A stretch of 64,000 nt of DNA. It comes from Octopus vulgaris (taxonomy: Eukaryota). This document shows positions 1-13,864 of the stretch, one piece after another. Each line of letters starts with the position of its first letter. The first letter of the stretch is position 1. A program made the translations under genes and the position numbers. The notes beneath the pieces are model-generated. The model saw only the letters and a program-made list of their open reading frames with translations. It searched no databases and had not been told where the DNA came from. Location: assembly GCA_951406725.2 (NCBI GenBank), contig OX597820.1:40982001-41046000 (forward strand), read 5' to 3'.

Positions 1-50
1 CTAAGTCAGCTCTATGGAAATTCTTAAATCAACTACTATGCGTCGTACTG

Positions 51-298
51 TGGAAGCGTATGGCCTAATAGTTACTGTGCTGCACACATAATCGTAAGAA
101 TATGGTTTCGATTCCTGGAGCAGGCGATGCGTTGCGTACTTGAGCAAAACACTTCATTTCATGTTGCTCCAGTGACTCAGCTGGCAAAATAATAACTATT
201 CCTGCGAGAGACTGACGTGCCGTACAATGGAGGAATATAGTCATGGCAGAACCCAAGAAACCGGCTCTTAAGATACTATGAACTAGGAAGGCTCCTTG
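51..298 (+). mobile_element. Degenerate tRNA-derived SINE (family-D-type head, tail resembling that of the SINE at 16252-16562)
   Basis: A-box-like TGGCCTAATAG and B-box-like GGTTTCGATTCC. Body 'ttgagcaaaacacttcatttcatgttgctccagt..ctcagctg' matches 17044-17386. 3' part 'cctgcgagagactgacgtgccgtac..gaaaccggc' resembles 16455-16525. Confidence 0.65.
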
Positions 299-761
299 GT
301 CCACTGATCTTTTCATATCTAGCAGTACTCTAACGGTCATATTATCAACTTAGAGAAATATACTAAAATGGATACACACTAGACTACCAACACACATTTT
401 CTAACAAATAATCAATCCTTCAATACCACAACTACAATCATCACTAGCAAACGAGAATGGTTTACTAGCTGGTTACTCTTAAACTTCCTACTACTACTAC
501 TTGGTAAATGTCTGTATGCTTGAATGCGTGTATGTACATATGTATTTCTTCTTTTATGCTTGTTTTGCTTGTCTGTCTGTCTATCTGTCTGCCGGCCTGT
601 CAGTCCATCTCATAGACACTTTTCATTTTCTTTTTCTGACACTTAATTTTTCTGTTTACCTCTCGGCCTGCCAATATGAAACCTCAACACAACATACTTA
701 TACACGCACGTGCGCGCTGCGTACACGCACGTATGCATACAACAGCACGTGGAAACAAGTG

Positions 762-848
762 TATACATACATACATACATACATACATACATAAATACAT
801 ACATACATAAGGAGCATACATACATACATACATACATACATACATACA

Positions 849-884
<36 letters not shown>

Positions 885-909
885 CATATATATATATACA
901 TATATATAT

Positions 910-979
<70 letters not shown>

Positions 980-1126
980 GGATGTCGATTTCAAACGTCT
1001 CTTCGCATGGATAACCATAAATAAACATTCATATACAAGTTTCTAAATTTCTCGAAAGGAAACCATAAACAAACATAATCACATTTTTTAAGATAGGCAA
1101 TGAACATATATGCATATGTATGTATG

Positions 1127-1160
<34 letters not shown>

Positions 1161-1178
1161 TGTATGTATGTATGTATG

Positions 1179-1212
<34 letters not shown>

Positions 1213-1248
1213 TATATTTATGTATGTATGTATGTATGTATGTATGTA
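762..1248. repeat. Compound (TACA)n/(TA)n/(TATG)n microsatellites
   Basis: Directly visible tandem repeats; source of the YIHT/MYVC ORFs. Confidence 0.95.
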
Positions 1249-2157
1249 TTGGTGCTTATATCCATATATACACACACAATAATATAGCAGTTAGATGCAC
1301 AGACACTTAAACATATAGCGCGTAAAACAGATAATAACACGAAAATATCATACGACAAACAATACTCACACCCAGAAAGATACATACACACACACATACA
1401 CACACACTCATACACATTCATGTATATATATGTGCCTATGTATGTATGTATGTGTTTGGGCTAAAGAGAGACAGACAGACAAACAGATAGAGTGAGAGAG
1501 AAAGACAGAAAGAGACAGAGACATAGGTGAGTGAGTATATAAATATATGTGTCTGTGTGCGAATTCACAAAATATATTTTTTTATACTCTATGATAAGAT
1601 TTCAATTAATTTTGATTTACTCCTCACAAAACTGTCTCCAGCATTGTTTGTATATTTCTCGCACATCTACACCTCACTCCTTTCTTGTTAGCATTTTATT
1701 TCATTCATTCGTTGTTTTATTTTTAATATACCTTTTTTTTTTTTTCATTTTTTAAAAATATTTTAATATATTTTTCTCCATCATGTCCGCGTAAATATGT
1801 CTATTTATAATATATACATACATACATATATAAACATATATAATAATATAAATGATACATACATACACAGACACAGACAGACATACACACACCCACATAT
1901 ATATATACACCCCAAGCTTCACACACACACATATATGAATGTATTTACATTCGTGTATGTATCAGACTTTATTGTATGTGCATTGTGTACATCTCAAATA
2001 TTACCTGTAGATGTGTATATACAGTGCGCACACTTTAACGTATACGTGTGTTTATTATGGTAATATGGAAGGTACAAATATATTTCTGTCTTTTATTACT
2101 CTGTTTATCGTCATATCAATCATATAGAGGCCTCTGGTCCTCATATACACTCATGTT

Positions 2158-2189
<32 letters not shown>

Positions 2190-2467
2190 TGTATGTATGT
2201 ATGTATGTATGTATGTATGTATGTATGCATGTATGTATGTATGTGTGTGTATGTACGTATAGATGGATGGATAGTTGGATGGATGGATGGATGGATACAC
2301 AGACATACTGTATAAATATTTCTTTCTTTAATAATATAATTCTTATATATTTTTCTTTTCTGACGTTTTCAAAATACGAAACCATCTTTAAGAAACGTGT
2401 TTCATAGACAAATATGTGTATATTTCTGAGGTAGAAAAGGAGTTGATGAGGTTTCTATACTTAGATG

Positions 2468-2547
<80 letters not shown>

Positions 2548-2574
2548 CATAAATAATTGTATGGTTATTTATAT

Positions 2575-2607
<33 letters not shown>

Positions 2608-2746
2608 ACATAATATAATATAATATAATATAATATAATATAATATAATATAATATAATATATATATATATATATGTATATATATAATATAATACAATAT
2701 AATACATACATACATACATACATACATACATACATACATACATACA

Positions 2747-2778
<32 letters not shown>

Positions 2779-3059
2779 CAGAAATGATGCGTCACGCAGT
2801 GAAATTTTAGGATAATATAAATGTACTACAGGATCTATATGTTTTAGAAATAAAAGTTTAGCCGACGCATAACTTGCAATCATATTGAAGACAAATGTAA
2901 ATATATGTCAATACAGTAAAAAAAATGATCATAGTAGGGATCGGCCCAATTAATTTCATCGCTATCTGTGACGGTACTTCAACGATCTAGCACTTGCCTC
3001 TCTTTATTCTATTGTAGTGTAGTGATATAACCACTACTGTAAGAGACTTCATTTAACTT

Positions 3060-3270
3060 GAAAATCCAATTTGCATGAAAGATGTGCTTTGTCGGCAGCA
3101 AGGTCAATTAAGCAATTATAGACGCGTTAGCCAGCGGATTTTGGGGGAATGTAATTGTTGAATAGATTATATGTACAAGTCTTAGCTGGCACAGATTGTG
3201 CAAATTTGTTGGCCTATCCGTGAGAAACGCTATTTTTTCTTATGCAAATTGGAGAATCCATTTTCATGAA
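3060..3270. promoter_or_regulatory. Candidate enhancer: cluster of octamer (POU) motifs in unique sequence
   Basis: ATTTGCAT 3069-3076, GTGCAAAT 3198-3205, ATGCAAAT 3242-3249 in a repeat-free stretch. Confidence 0.25.
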
Positions 3271-3473
3271 GGCAGTATTAATTCTGACCCTAAACAAAAT
3301 TTCACTGTGGTCAGAAGATAGTCAAATATTGGGTTCGGAAGAACTGTCCAAAATAGAACCGACATTGCTTGGAACGATCCCGCTTTTGCACCTCTTGTAA
3401 AGATTGTATAGTTATTTATCTGATGTATTCGATTAAACACATAATGCAAGCTAAGAATAGTGCGATGACAATG

Positions 3474-3538
<65 letters not shown>

Positions 3539-5348
3539 ATACATACATACATACATACATACTCAAACATAAAACATACATACATATAAACGTACGCGCA
3601 TAAATGGATACATTAAATATAGACACATTCATTTACATTTACATACATTTATGTATATATACATCAATACACATACATTTGTATATTCATACACACGTAT
3701 AAATGCACGCAAAAAAAAACATATGCACGCATTCACACACATAGACAGATAGATACATAACTAGATACATGCATTCATACATACACCACACACGAACACA
3801 CACACACATACACACATTGTTAGGAAGGTCATGTAGAAGAGGTGGGTTTCATAAATTTTTAAGAATTCTAGGATCGAGACAACTAGAGGAAGATTTTATT
3901 AGAATCGTAAAGTGAATTATGATAAATTTATAGACGAAGGGAAGTAAGTTTAAGTGTGAAGAGTCTTAAATGTTTTGGAAGAGAAAGAATAAAATGGAAC
4001 GAAGTCAATGTCTGGAAGCAAACCGGTATTTGGAAATCAACGAATTAATGGATAAATTTAGGGAAAAAGTAATCCACAGTTATTAATACATTTATACAAA
4101 ATGTTGCTGGTACGTTGGTGAAGTGTTATAAAACTAGTTGGACACAAACTCATGGTGAGTGAAAGGAATTGGAATAATTTAGGATAATTTAATGTAAATC
4201 ATCTCACAAGATGCTTCATTTTAAGATTGCAGTTTTTGCTTAGGCCTATGTCAGCCCAGATCGAGCAGGCGAGCAGGATTTTGTTCAAATGCCTTCCATT
4301 CGTAACCATGTATGTATGTATGTATGTATGTATGTATGTATGTATGTATGTATGTATGTATGTATGTATGTATGTATGTATGTATGCATGCATGTATGTA
4401 TGTATGTATGAATGCATGCATGTATGCATGCATGTATGTGTGTGTGTGTGTGTATGTATGTGTGTATGTATGTATGTATGCATGCATGTATGTATGTATG
4501 CATGTATGTATGCATGTGAGTTTTTGGATGGATTGATGGATGGATGGATGGATGGATGGATGGACGGATGGATTGATGGATGAACGGATGGATGGATGGA
4601 TGGATGGAAGGATGGATGGAAGGATGGATAAACGGATGGCTTGTAGATAGATTTATGTGTTTACTTTCGTCTGTATGTGTGTGTGTGTAGATAATATTCG
4701 ATCTATATATGAATATGGGCGGTGAAATATATAATTGAAGAAGACTGCGAGACAAAAACAATGGCTTTGTTGTTATGATATAATGATACTATTCATATAA
4801 ATTTTACATACGTGAGCACACATACACGACTGCAGACATTACAGACGGGCGAGTGCGACCTCAAATTCAGTGTTACTTAATGATTATTTTTTTACTACGG
4901 ATGCAGACTCAACAATTTTTTTCTAAATAAACAGAGAAACGAAAAAAAACATAGGATAATGGCAGACAAAGCACAAACTCACAAACAAACAAGCACAAAC
5001 GCAAACACATACACACAAATACGGACGCATAAACAGAAGCAGACAACTAGACACACACATGCATACATATACGCATACCCATATAATCTGCAATGATGGA
5101 TATTAATTTTTTATATGGCTACGTATTCCAAGGGAGACAACTGAGTATTAGAGCGACCTCCGTACCTAACTGGTACGTTACACCGAAAAGCTGAAAGAAT
5201 ATCCCTCGACTGGATTCGAACATGCAACATGGTGGAGCCCAATATATGCTTGTGTGTTCGTATATACATAATCAAATGCTTATACAGAACTGTGCGTGTG
5301 TGTGCATATGTGTGTGTGTATGCGCGCGCGAATGTCTGGGTTTATGTG

Positions 5349-5518
<170 letters not shown>

Positions 5519-5570
5519 TACACACACACACACCACCTGACTTCGTCTTTTGCTATTTTTTGTGAATTCT

Positions 5571-5637
<67 letters not shown>

Positions 5638-6226
5638 CATACATACATAGATACATACAAACATACATACATACATACATACATACACACATACATACAT
5701 ACATACATACATACATACATACATACATACATACATACATACATACATACATACATACATACATACAGAAGTTAATCATTTAATACATATTAGCATGTCT
5801 AGATATGCAACTATATGCATGAGAATACATACATACAGCAAAACATACCAATCTGCACATATACATACATACATACATACATACATACATACATACATAC
5901 ATACATACATACATACATACAGGCATGCATGCATGTACCTATGTATTGGTCACTGTTCACGTACAGTCACCATGTGACTGTGCGCCAGTTAATACAGTCA
6001 TGAAAGGGCACTGTGGTCAGATTACTTAATACTGAATCTGTAAGAGCCCTTTGATTGACCCCAAATAGCTGACCTTTTATTGCATTACACATGTGATTAT
6101 CTTTGCATGCTTTTATTTTCCCTGTTCCTTTCTATTATGACCGATTCTTCGGAACCACATGCAGCTTTTTTTTTTAATTCTCCCCATCCATTTCCTTTGT
6201 GGCTCATCATCATCATCATCATCAAC

Positions 6227-6558
6227 AGGCGGCGAGCTGGCAGAATCGTTAACAAAATGCTTAGCGATATTTCGTCTGTATTTACGTTCTAAGTTCAAAT
6301 TCCCTTGAGGTTCACTATGTATGTATGTATGTATGTATGTATGTATGTATGTATGTATGTATGTATGTATGTATGTCTGCATGTATGCATGTATGTATGT
6401 ATGTATGTATGTATGTATGTATGTATGTATGTATGTATGTATGTGTATGTCATTGTTTGGGGACTATAAAATAAGTACTAGTTGCATACTGGGGTCGATC
6501 TAATCGACTGGCACCCTCCCAAAAAATTTCGAGCCTTTTGACTAGTGTAGAAAAGATT
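6227..6558 (+). mobile_element. Family A SINE (A2 tail) interrupted by an expanded (TATG)n
   Basis: Head ggcggcgagctggcagaatcg..gttcaaattcc, then ~130 bp (TATG)n, then 'ataagtactagt..ctggggtcgatctaatcgac..tagaaaagatt'. Confidence 0.8.
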
Positions 6559-6659
6559 GTTGTTGTTGTTATTATTATTATTATTGTTATTATTATTATT
6601 ATCATCATCATCATTATTATTATTATTTGTTTGTTTGTTTGTTTTTTTTTGTTTTTTTG

Positions 6660-6933
6660 CATAGCTTCTAACGCTGGAGATGTACTACGGTAACACCCCT
6701 TATTTTTCGAGCAGCATCCGGAGTATTTGAGCAGTTTTAAGCAGTGCTGCTTTCTGCAAGTGCTCCATCCTTATTACAGCCCCTATTTGTTCCATGTACT
6801 TCTCAAGAATTTTACTCACTGTCCCCAGGGCTCCGACATTATTGGTACTACTACTACCTTTTTCATCGACCACAACTGCTTAACCTTCCAAGCTAACCAG
6901 TCATATCTATCGACTTTTCTTTTTCCTTATCGC
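6660..6933 (-). mobile_element. 5'-truncated 3' end of a REL-endonuclease non-LTR retrotransposon (R4/Dong-like) inside (TAA)n
   Basis: Minus-strand translation KVDRYDWLAWKVKQLWSMKKVVVVPII/[frameshift]VGALGTVSKILEKYMEQIGAVIRMEHLQKAALLKTAQILRMLLEK* (stop 6700-6702), matching the C-terminus typical of R4-clade proteins. Short 3' UTR; (TTA)n on both sides. Confidence 0.8.
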
Positions 6934-6958
6934 ATTATTATTATTATTATTATTATCA

Positions 6959-7013
<55 letters not shown>

Positions 7014-7014
<1 letters not shown>

Positions 7015-7572
7015 GAGTGAGTGAGAAGCACACGCAGTCAAAGTGACATGAGATACAAATATACGAAGCTGAACATAACCATCATGCCTACACGTCTGAT
7101 AAGGGTACACCAGCTACATGCATCACAACCATGTGTATACGACATGGTGACCTTATATCAAAATATACAACGCATGACCTTGCAGGTGGGACCCAATTAG
7201 AATTTTCTTCGGGTCGTGTAGCCTATCTCACTCAAAAGCATCTTGAATAAGGTCTGTTTAATGATTATGAACGAAACGCCCATGTTGCCAGAGGTGAATT
7301 ATTCAAACCTCAAAAGAATTCCTCTCGATACTATGATGACACTCCTCAACTACTCCTGCTCGTGATTAGAGATGCACATATCCTCGGCCACTAAGGGACA
7401 TGCTCAACTAGTTAAGGTCAAGCAAATGACAAGCAAATCTGTGTGGTACTGAACAGAATATTTGCTATAACCCAACTTTTACACCAAGACAAAAAGCATG
7501 TACATGATAACACTTCCAATCAATTAAGTTTAGAAGCCATGTGACCCACTGCCTGGTATTGCATTAAGATAC
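7014..7572. mobile_element. Probable non-autonomous interspersed element bounded by (TTA)n and (ATC)n
   Basis: Complex ~560-bp block with sharp microsatellite borders and no ORF. Only one copy in the window, so family status is unverified. Confidence 0.4.
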
Positions 7573-7574
7573 TT

Positions 7575-7606
<32 letters not shown>

Positions 7607-7712
7607 CATTTCTTTTTTCTATCCAGAACAATAACAACTGTATCAAATCCATGCCCCACTTTGGCAGATGTCGATCGTTGACTAGAAATACACGAATTAT
7701 TTCATCCCACCG

Positions 7713-7755
<43 letters not shown>

Positions 7756-8311
7756 GCTGTATGTGTGTGTGCGTGTATGTATGGCTGTATGTGTGTGACC
7801 GGGTATGTGAGAGAGAGAGAGTGAGAATAAGAGAAACTGTGAGAGTGTAAGAGAGTGTAAGAGAGTGTGTGCACTTGTGTATGTGTCCGCGCGTATTTCT
7901 TGTATAATATTGGATATGAATGAAAGCTTTAATAAAAAATTTTTTTTTAAAGAGGGAAAATACATCCGATAAAATACAGAGAGAGAGAGAGAAGTTTTAA
8001 ATACTGCTATTCTTTACAAGTCTTGTTGTCTGTCTAGTCAGAATGATATGAAAGGAAGTTGCTTGTTTCTAGATATAGGTAATCGACGACATATTCTCAC
8101 GTTCAGATCACCTGGCTGACAACCATGTGTTTGAAGTTTTGTTTATCCACTTAAAGTTCTCACATGTACCATGCGCTTTTTTTCCTTTTCGGCTGTAAAT
8201 AACAGAGACAGCGGGGTAAAGACAAATGTTCGGCAACTTGATATGTAAAAAGTGGAACAAAAAAAAAAAAATCTTTTGCCGATAGACCTGACCTCTTAGT
8301 CAGTTTAGTAG

Positions 8312-8371
<60 letters not shown>

Positions 8372-8506
8372 GTATGTGTGTGTCTTTGTCTATGTGTGTA
8401 CGAGTGAGTGTATGCGTGCACATTTGTGTTACACGTACATATACACACACAATTTTTAGATGTATTTTAGAGTCATTTCTGTTTCGATTCTCAGGGAATC
8501 TGATTA

Positions 8507-8567
<61 letters not shown>

Positions 8568-9470
8568 CATATGTGTGTGTGTTTGTGTGTTTGCATGCGT
8601 GTGTGCATAGATATGTATGTAGATAGATAGAAAGTTAGACAGACTGACAGACAGAGGGGGTGAAATGAATAAAGAAAGAAAGATAGAAAAAAGAAAGAAA
8701 GAAAGAAAGAAAGAAAAAAGAAAGAAAGAAAGAAAGAAAGAAAGATGCGCAGAGAGAAAGATAGTATGTTACTTCTATGGCTTTTAACAAAACTTGGCCA
8801 ATCCAGTTCATGTAAAATCTTGTCCACAAACAGAAATACGATACATTCAAACCATTAGTAATAGGTCACATTTTCTTTCTGATCTGTCTCTCTCAAAAAT
8901 TCAAAATCGGAGTTTTATTCAAATCGAAGCTATGCATCCTTCAAATTTTATTGCTTCTAATCCCTGTAGAGATGTTTTCTCGGCACCGTTCGTGAATTTT
9001 CTACAGTTATTGTTTTCATTTGGTGAAACTGGGTTATCTTACAAAACCCTGCCCTAAATAAATATGATCTTGCGGCTAGCCCTACCCTAGATAAATATGC
9101 GTTCATTGTTATTACTCAACATTTAGGTCAAACCTAATCGAATAGACCTATAATTAGAAGCAAACTAGCGAGAACCATTAGGTCTTTTAGTGCCTTAGAG
9201 ACATTATTAGATGCATTCCCTATTTAAAACGGTAAGATTTGGCTTGCAAAAGAGATTTACATGCTATCTCAAGCAAGTCCGGCGACTGTATAGAGTTTGG
9301 TTAAGCATTCACTGGAGATTAATAAAGATGATACGAGGGAATGGTAATCTTTGTACCACCATAATTGCTTCTATGCCATGTGGATATTGAACAGCATTAT
9401 TCCGCATAGTTTTGAGATCTCTCGGAGTTGTTCGTAACAGTAGCAAGAAAAAATTCAACAGAAATACACA

Positions 9471-9862
9471 TGGCTGTGTGGTAAGTAGCTTGCTAACCAA
9501 CCACATGGTTCCGGGTTCAGTCCCACTGTGTGGCATCTTGGGCAAGTGTCTTCTGCTGTAGCCCCGGGCCGACCAATTCCTTGTGAGTGGACTTGGTAGA
9601 CGGAAACTGAAAGAAGCATGTCGTATATATGTATGTATATATATATATGTATGTGTGTGTTTGTGTGTCTGTGTTTGTACCCCTAGCATTGCTTGACAAC
9701 AGATGCTGATGTGTTTACGTCCCCGTCACTTAGCGGTTCGGCAAAAGAGACCGATAGAATAAGTACTGGGCTTACAAAGAATAAGTCCCGGGGTCGATTT
9801 GCTCGACTAAAAAAAGGCGGTGCTCCAGCATGGCCGCAGTCAAGTAAAAGAGTAAAAGAGTA
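9471..9862 (+). mobile_element. Family B SINE (tRNA-like head, CORE-like ttgggcaagtg, internal (TA)n(TG)n, (GAGTAAAA)n tail)
   Basis: Aligns by eye to the copies at 27018, 36555, 46207 and 52283. Confidence 0.85.
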
Positions 9863-11620
9863 TTATATTAAGACATCTGTTGTACAATAGCCGATAGTCA
9901 ATACTTCAGCTGGCTTGTAGGTTTTTTCCCAAAACTAAATACACAAATACACAAATATTCAAATACACAAATATTCAACAAAAAAAAAAAAGTCGTCCAC
10001 CTCTTTGTTTGATTTCCTCTTCTTACATTTCTCTGAGATGTTCTTTTAGTTTCACAGAAAGCCTTTCTTCGTTTTTAAAAGATTATAACACACCCCTACA
10101 CTCACACACGTAAACAGTCAATAACATCCCCCCACACACACACACACATACACACATACGTAAATACGTATTTGTACGGCTGCATGTGTGTATGTCTGCG
10201 TGTATGTGTATAAAACTTGTAGGTAACAGCCACAAATAATAAAAAAAAGTAAGAAAGTTAGATAATGAGAGAAGCTAACTCCCGACAAAGCTCTCTCTGT
10301 TTTTCAGCCAAGTGTTGTCCTTATTTTTATGTCTTGATTATTAAGATCAGCCTTCGAGCATTAATCATAAATAATATTTTACCTACTAAGTCTTCTGAGG
10401 AGTATTAGCTGGATAGACCAGCATAATCAACAGTGAAACGGAGAGTTACAGAAACGCTAATGGTACCCTCTCCATGTGCTATTATTCCAACTGCAAGTTA
10501 AATAAGAAGTGTAGGGATCTCGGTGGTGAGACACATAAGACCTTCTATTAGAGTTGTGTAATCAAAATAATGTAGTGAATATTCTTCACTGCTTTCAGTG
10601 TAGCCTTCACAGTTTTGTGGCTGTTTAAACGGATCAAGATGATTACAACTCAACCAAATTAAATAATGCACTTAATGGTAACCGAATTATTTCATCCTCT
10701 GTGTTTATTGGCTGATTTAGATTCAAGGGGTTCATAAAATTTATATAAACTTATGTAAAAAAGAAGAACCTGAATAACTCAGAAAATAGCATATTTAGGA
10801 ACTAATACCTAGACTAAACTACAGTTGTCTGGTCGTGCCTCTGGAGAAGAAATTTAATCACACATACAGCTAGGAGAAAAAGTTCTTAATCTGAAAATTT
10901 GCCCTTTGTTTCAAAGAGTAATAATTGCCTCGGTGAAACAAAAGTATTAATTTTATTTCCTTATAACGTTATAGAATTTGCAGTAGAAAATCGGCTTTAT
11001 GTTCTTAAATGAGACACACGACTCCATTTATCCAAGACATAGCTGTTTGGTTTGTGACTATATGGCTTCTGGTTTGACCATATTGCGCAGCGCCTTTGTC
11101 AAGTATCTTTAACCGTAGCCTTGAGTCCACCAAAGCTTTGTGTGTGTGTCTGAAATTTTGTAGACGAAAAATGTGAGGAAGATCACCGGTGGGTATCTTT
11201 TTGTTGTTAGGATGTATACTTAAGTCGATATCCCGTTTAATACCATCAGCTGGGATCCCTTTAGCGGAGTCCATTCTATTGAAAGATTTTAGGGATATCT
11301 ACCAGTTACAGGGTAACCTCCTCCTGTCCTCCCAAACGTCTCAAAAGCCTTGAAAAGTCATGCCCACCGCCCTACTTCCTCCCAGTAAGTTTATGCATGT
11401 GTGTGCGTGCGCATATTATCATACAAAATTGGACATTATTTCTGATTAAATAAAAGGAATCGGCATCCAGCCAAGTCTGATTATTTTTACTTTCTCTCAT
11501 GATATAGTTAAACAGTAAACAACATCTAATGCGGAAACCACGAAGTAAAGCTCTTTTAACAATGCATATATATATATATATATATAATCAAAATAAGCAG
11601 CAAGAATAACTTCGGTAATT

Positions 11621-11704
11621 TGGTACGATCGTTTCGCACTACATCATTTTATTAAATGTTATAAGTATTACAACAGTTTTAAAACTTTGAGCACTCATCG
11701 GCCA
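11621..11704 (-). ncRNA. Second hammerhead copy with altered core (CCGAUGA)
   Basis: Reverse-complement copy of the above: CCGATGA at 11701-11695, GAAA at 11635-11632, GUA ending at 11624. Confidence 0.55.
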
Positions 11705-11755
11705 TAAATAGAAGTTTTCCATTAATACATAATTTTCATATCAAACCTCTATTAA

Positions 11756-11839
11756 TGGCTGATGAGTGCTCAGCATTTTAAAACTGTTGTAATACTTATA
11801 ACATTTAATAAAATGATGTAGTGCGAAACGATCGTACCA
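11756..11839 (+). ncRNA. Type I hammerhead ribozyme motif (Penelope-type, long stem II, palindromic stem III)
   Basis: Stem I UGG(11756-58)/CCA(11837-39); CUGAUGA 11759-65; 59-nt stem II hairpin closed by G-C; GAAA 11825-28; ACGAUCGU palindrome; GUA cleavage triplet ending at 11836. Confidence 0.75.
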
Positions 11840-13769
11840 AATTACCGAAGTTATTCTTGTTGCTTATTTTGATTATAATCACCCCATGGATTATATATAT
11901 TCAATGGTTCTGGCCAAACAGAATTGAAGATTTTTGCTCATTTACGTACTCGTTGCGGCTTCAAATAGAGTGGTATATTTACACTCCTATAGATGATCGT
12001 ATGGCATGAGTAACAGTACTCGATTTCCAGTATGGCTATCCAGTCAATTTGAGGTAGCGTACATGAACAGGTGATCGTAAACCATTGGAAGTGGCTATAA
12101 AACTAAGACACAATAACAGTAATGAATATGTGATGTGAGTATGTGAGTGTGTGAGTGTGTCTGTGTGCGTGTTTGTGCGTGCGTGTGTGTGAGTGAGTGA
12201 GTCCTTGTGCGTTTGTAGGTAATTATGCACTTATGTATAGGCAAGTATTGCGTTCATATGTATAGTATGCACTATACATGTGCGTTCGTATGTATAGTAT
12301 GCACACACACGGACAAAGACACACAGACACGGACAAAGACACACAGACACATACACACAAGCACACAGACACATATGCACACACACACAGACACACACAT
12401 ATTTGCTTGTACGTGTATGAGTATGTGTATATGTGTGGGAGGGGAGCATGTGTGTGTACACAAATACACATACGCTTGAAAATCTATAATTGTAAATACT
12501 GAGAAAAGAAATACAGATCTAGGCTCAAAGTTTATGTGAATCTACCTTAAAATCTAAGCTAAACTTCCTGTCAATCGAATGTTGAAAACGTGTTAGTCAT
12601 ACAGGGGATTAAATCTGTTGAGTGTTTAAGATACGAGTATTGATATATATTGTAGTACAACTGTCTCTGATATGTAATATCGATTTTAAAACAAGGCCGT
12701 GGCTAATTTTTTTTCATCTGGATGGGAAAAGGGAAAAGACAAAATCTTTTCAGCCAATTCCCTCTTACTGTATGGTTAAAAATACTCATCAACATCTGAC
12801 TAGTTGTCATTAACTTAGATAAAAACATTTGCAATGAGTTCTTTCTTTGTCCATTAATCGAAAAAACAAACAAACAAACAAAAGCAACGCTGAACTCGGG
12901 GCTAATATCCAACGTCAAATAATGCAGAGAAAGTACAGCTGTCATATTCGTTCGCTGTTCACCTTGTTCCCATCCAGAATCGACTGATGTGAAAACTAAA
13001 TCGATAAGGAAACACCTACGTGATTGCTAGACTTGTCAGAAATAGCCAACAAATATCACTCAAATCAGAGTATGTCCTCTGCAATCAAAAGAGAAATACA
13101 TGAGCAAAAGTTGTCCTATCTAAGCTATTACTGTGAGAAAGATTGGATGGCGATAACTATCCATTCAAAGATGATGTGGGGTAAGACAACATCATCAGAA
13201 TGGACAGTGAAAATGTGAAATATCATTCACACTTGTACTAAGGTATGAAATAACTGGAGTCCTTAATTTGGAATCCATACCTAGGCGCTTGCGCGACTAC
13301 CTTTCTGCGTGACATATGCCTGCTCGATCAAGGCTGACATCATTAAAGGAAAATGGGGAGACAGCAACAACAGAATTAACATTATTGTGTTAATACAGCA
13401 TTGTTGATCGACCACATCAATATATGATACTTTACTTACGACTTTAAACAGGGTCGCCAAGATTCAAAAGTGTGTGCGGTGACATAGCACATCATCGATC
13501 ATAGACTACAAACCACCCACCCACTGACTCTTTGTCAAATACCCTATCGATTCGACAGCCCTCCCTATTAGTCCTAACATAATTTTAACTGTGAGCCATA
13601 AAACTGAATATACAAATTGTATCCGGCCGGCCCATTTCAAAGTACCGCGTGTCACTTGTTCATATCGATTTCTTTTGGAAATACACAATACCATATTTTT
13701 ATGAAGAGGTATGTTACAGTAGATTCAATCGGCCTTAGTATATTAATGGTACTTGATCAGTCGACGCAG

Positions 13770-13832
13770 TATGTGTTGTTGTTGCTATTGTTGATGGTGG
13801 TGGTGGTGCTATTGTTGTTGCTGTTGTTGTTG

Positions 13833-13864
<32 letters not shown>

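Larger units (their letters stand above)
11583..11877. mobile_element. Inverted pair of Penelope-like pseudo-LTR fragments (~130-bp arms) adjoining (TA)n
   Basis: 11583-~11715 is the near-perfect reverse complement of ~11743-11877; each arm carries a hammerhead motif. Confidence 0.75.

Noticed and set aside
3820-4150. Purine-rich block resembling a decayed LINE 3' end on the minus strand
   Set aside because: Too degenerate; no diagnostic motif could be read with confidence.
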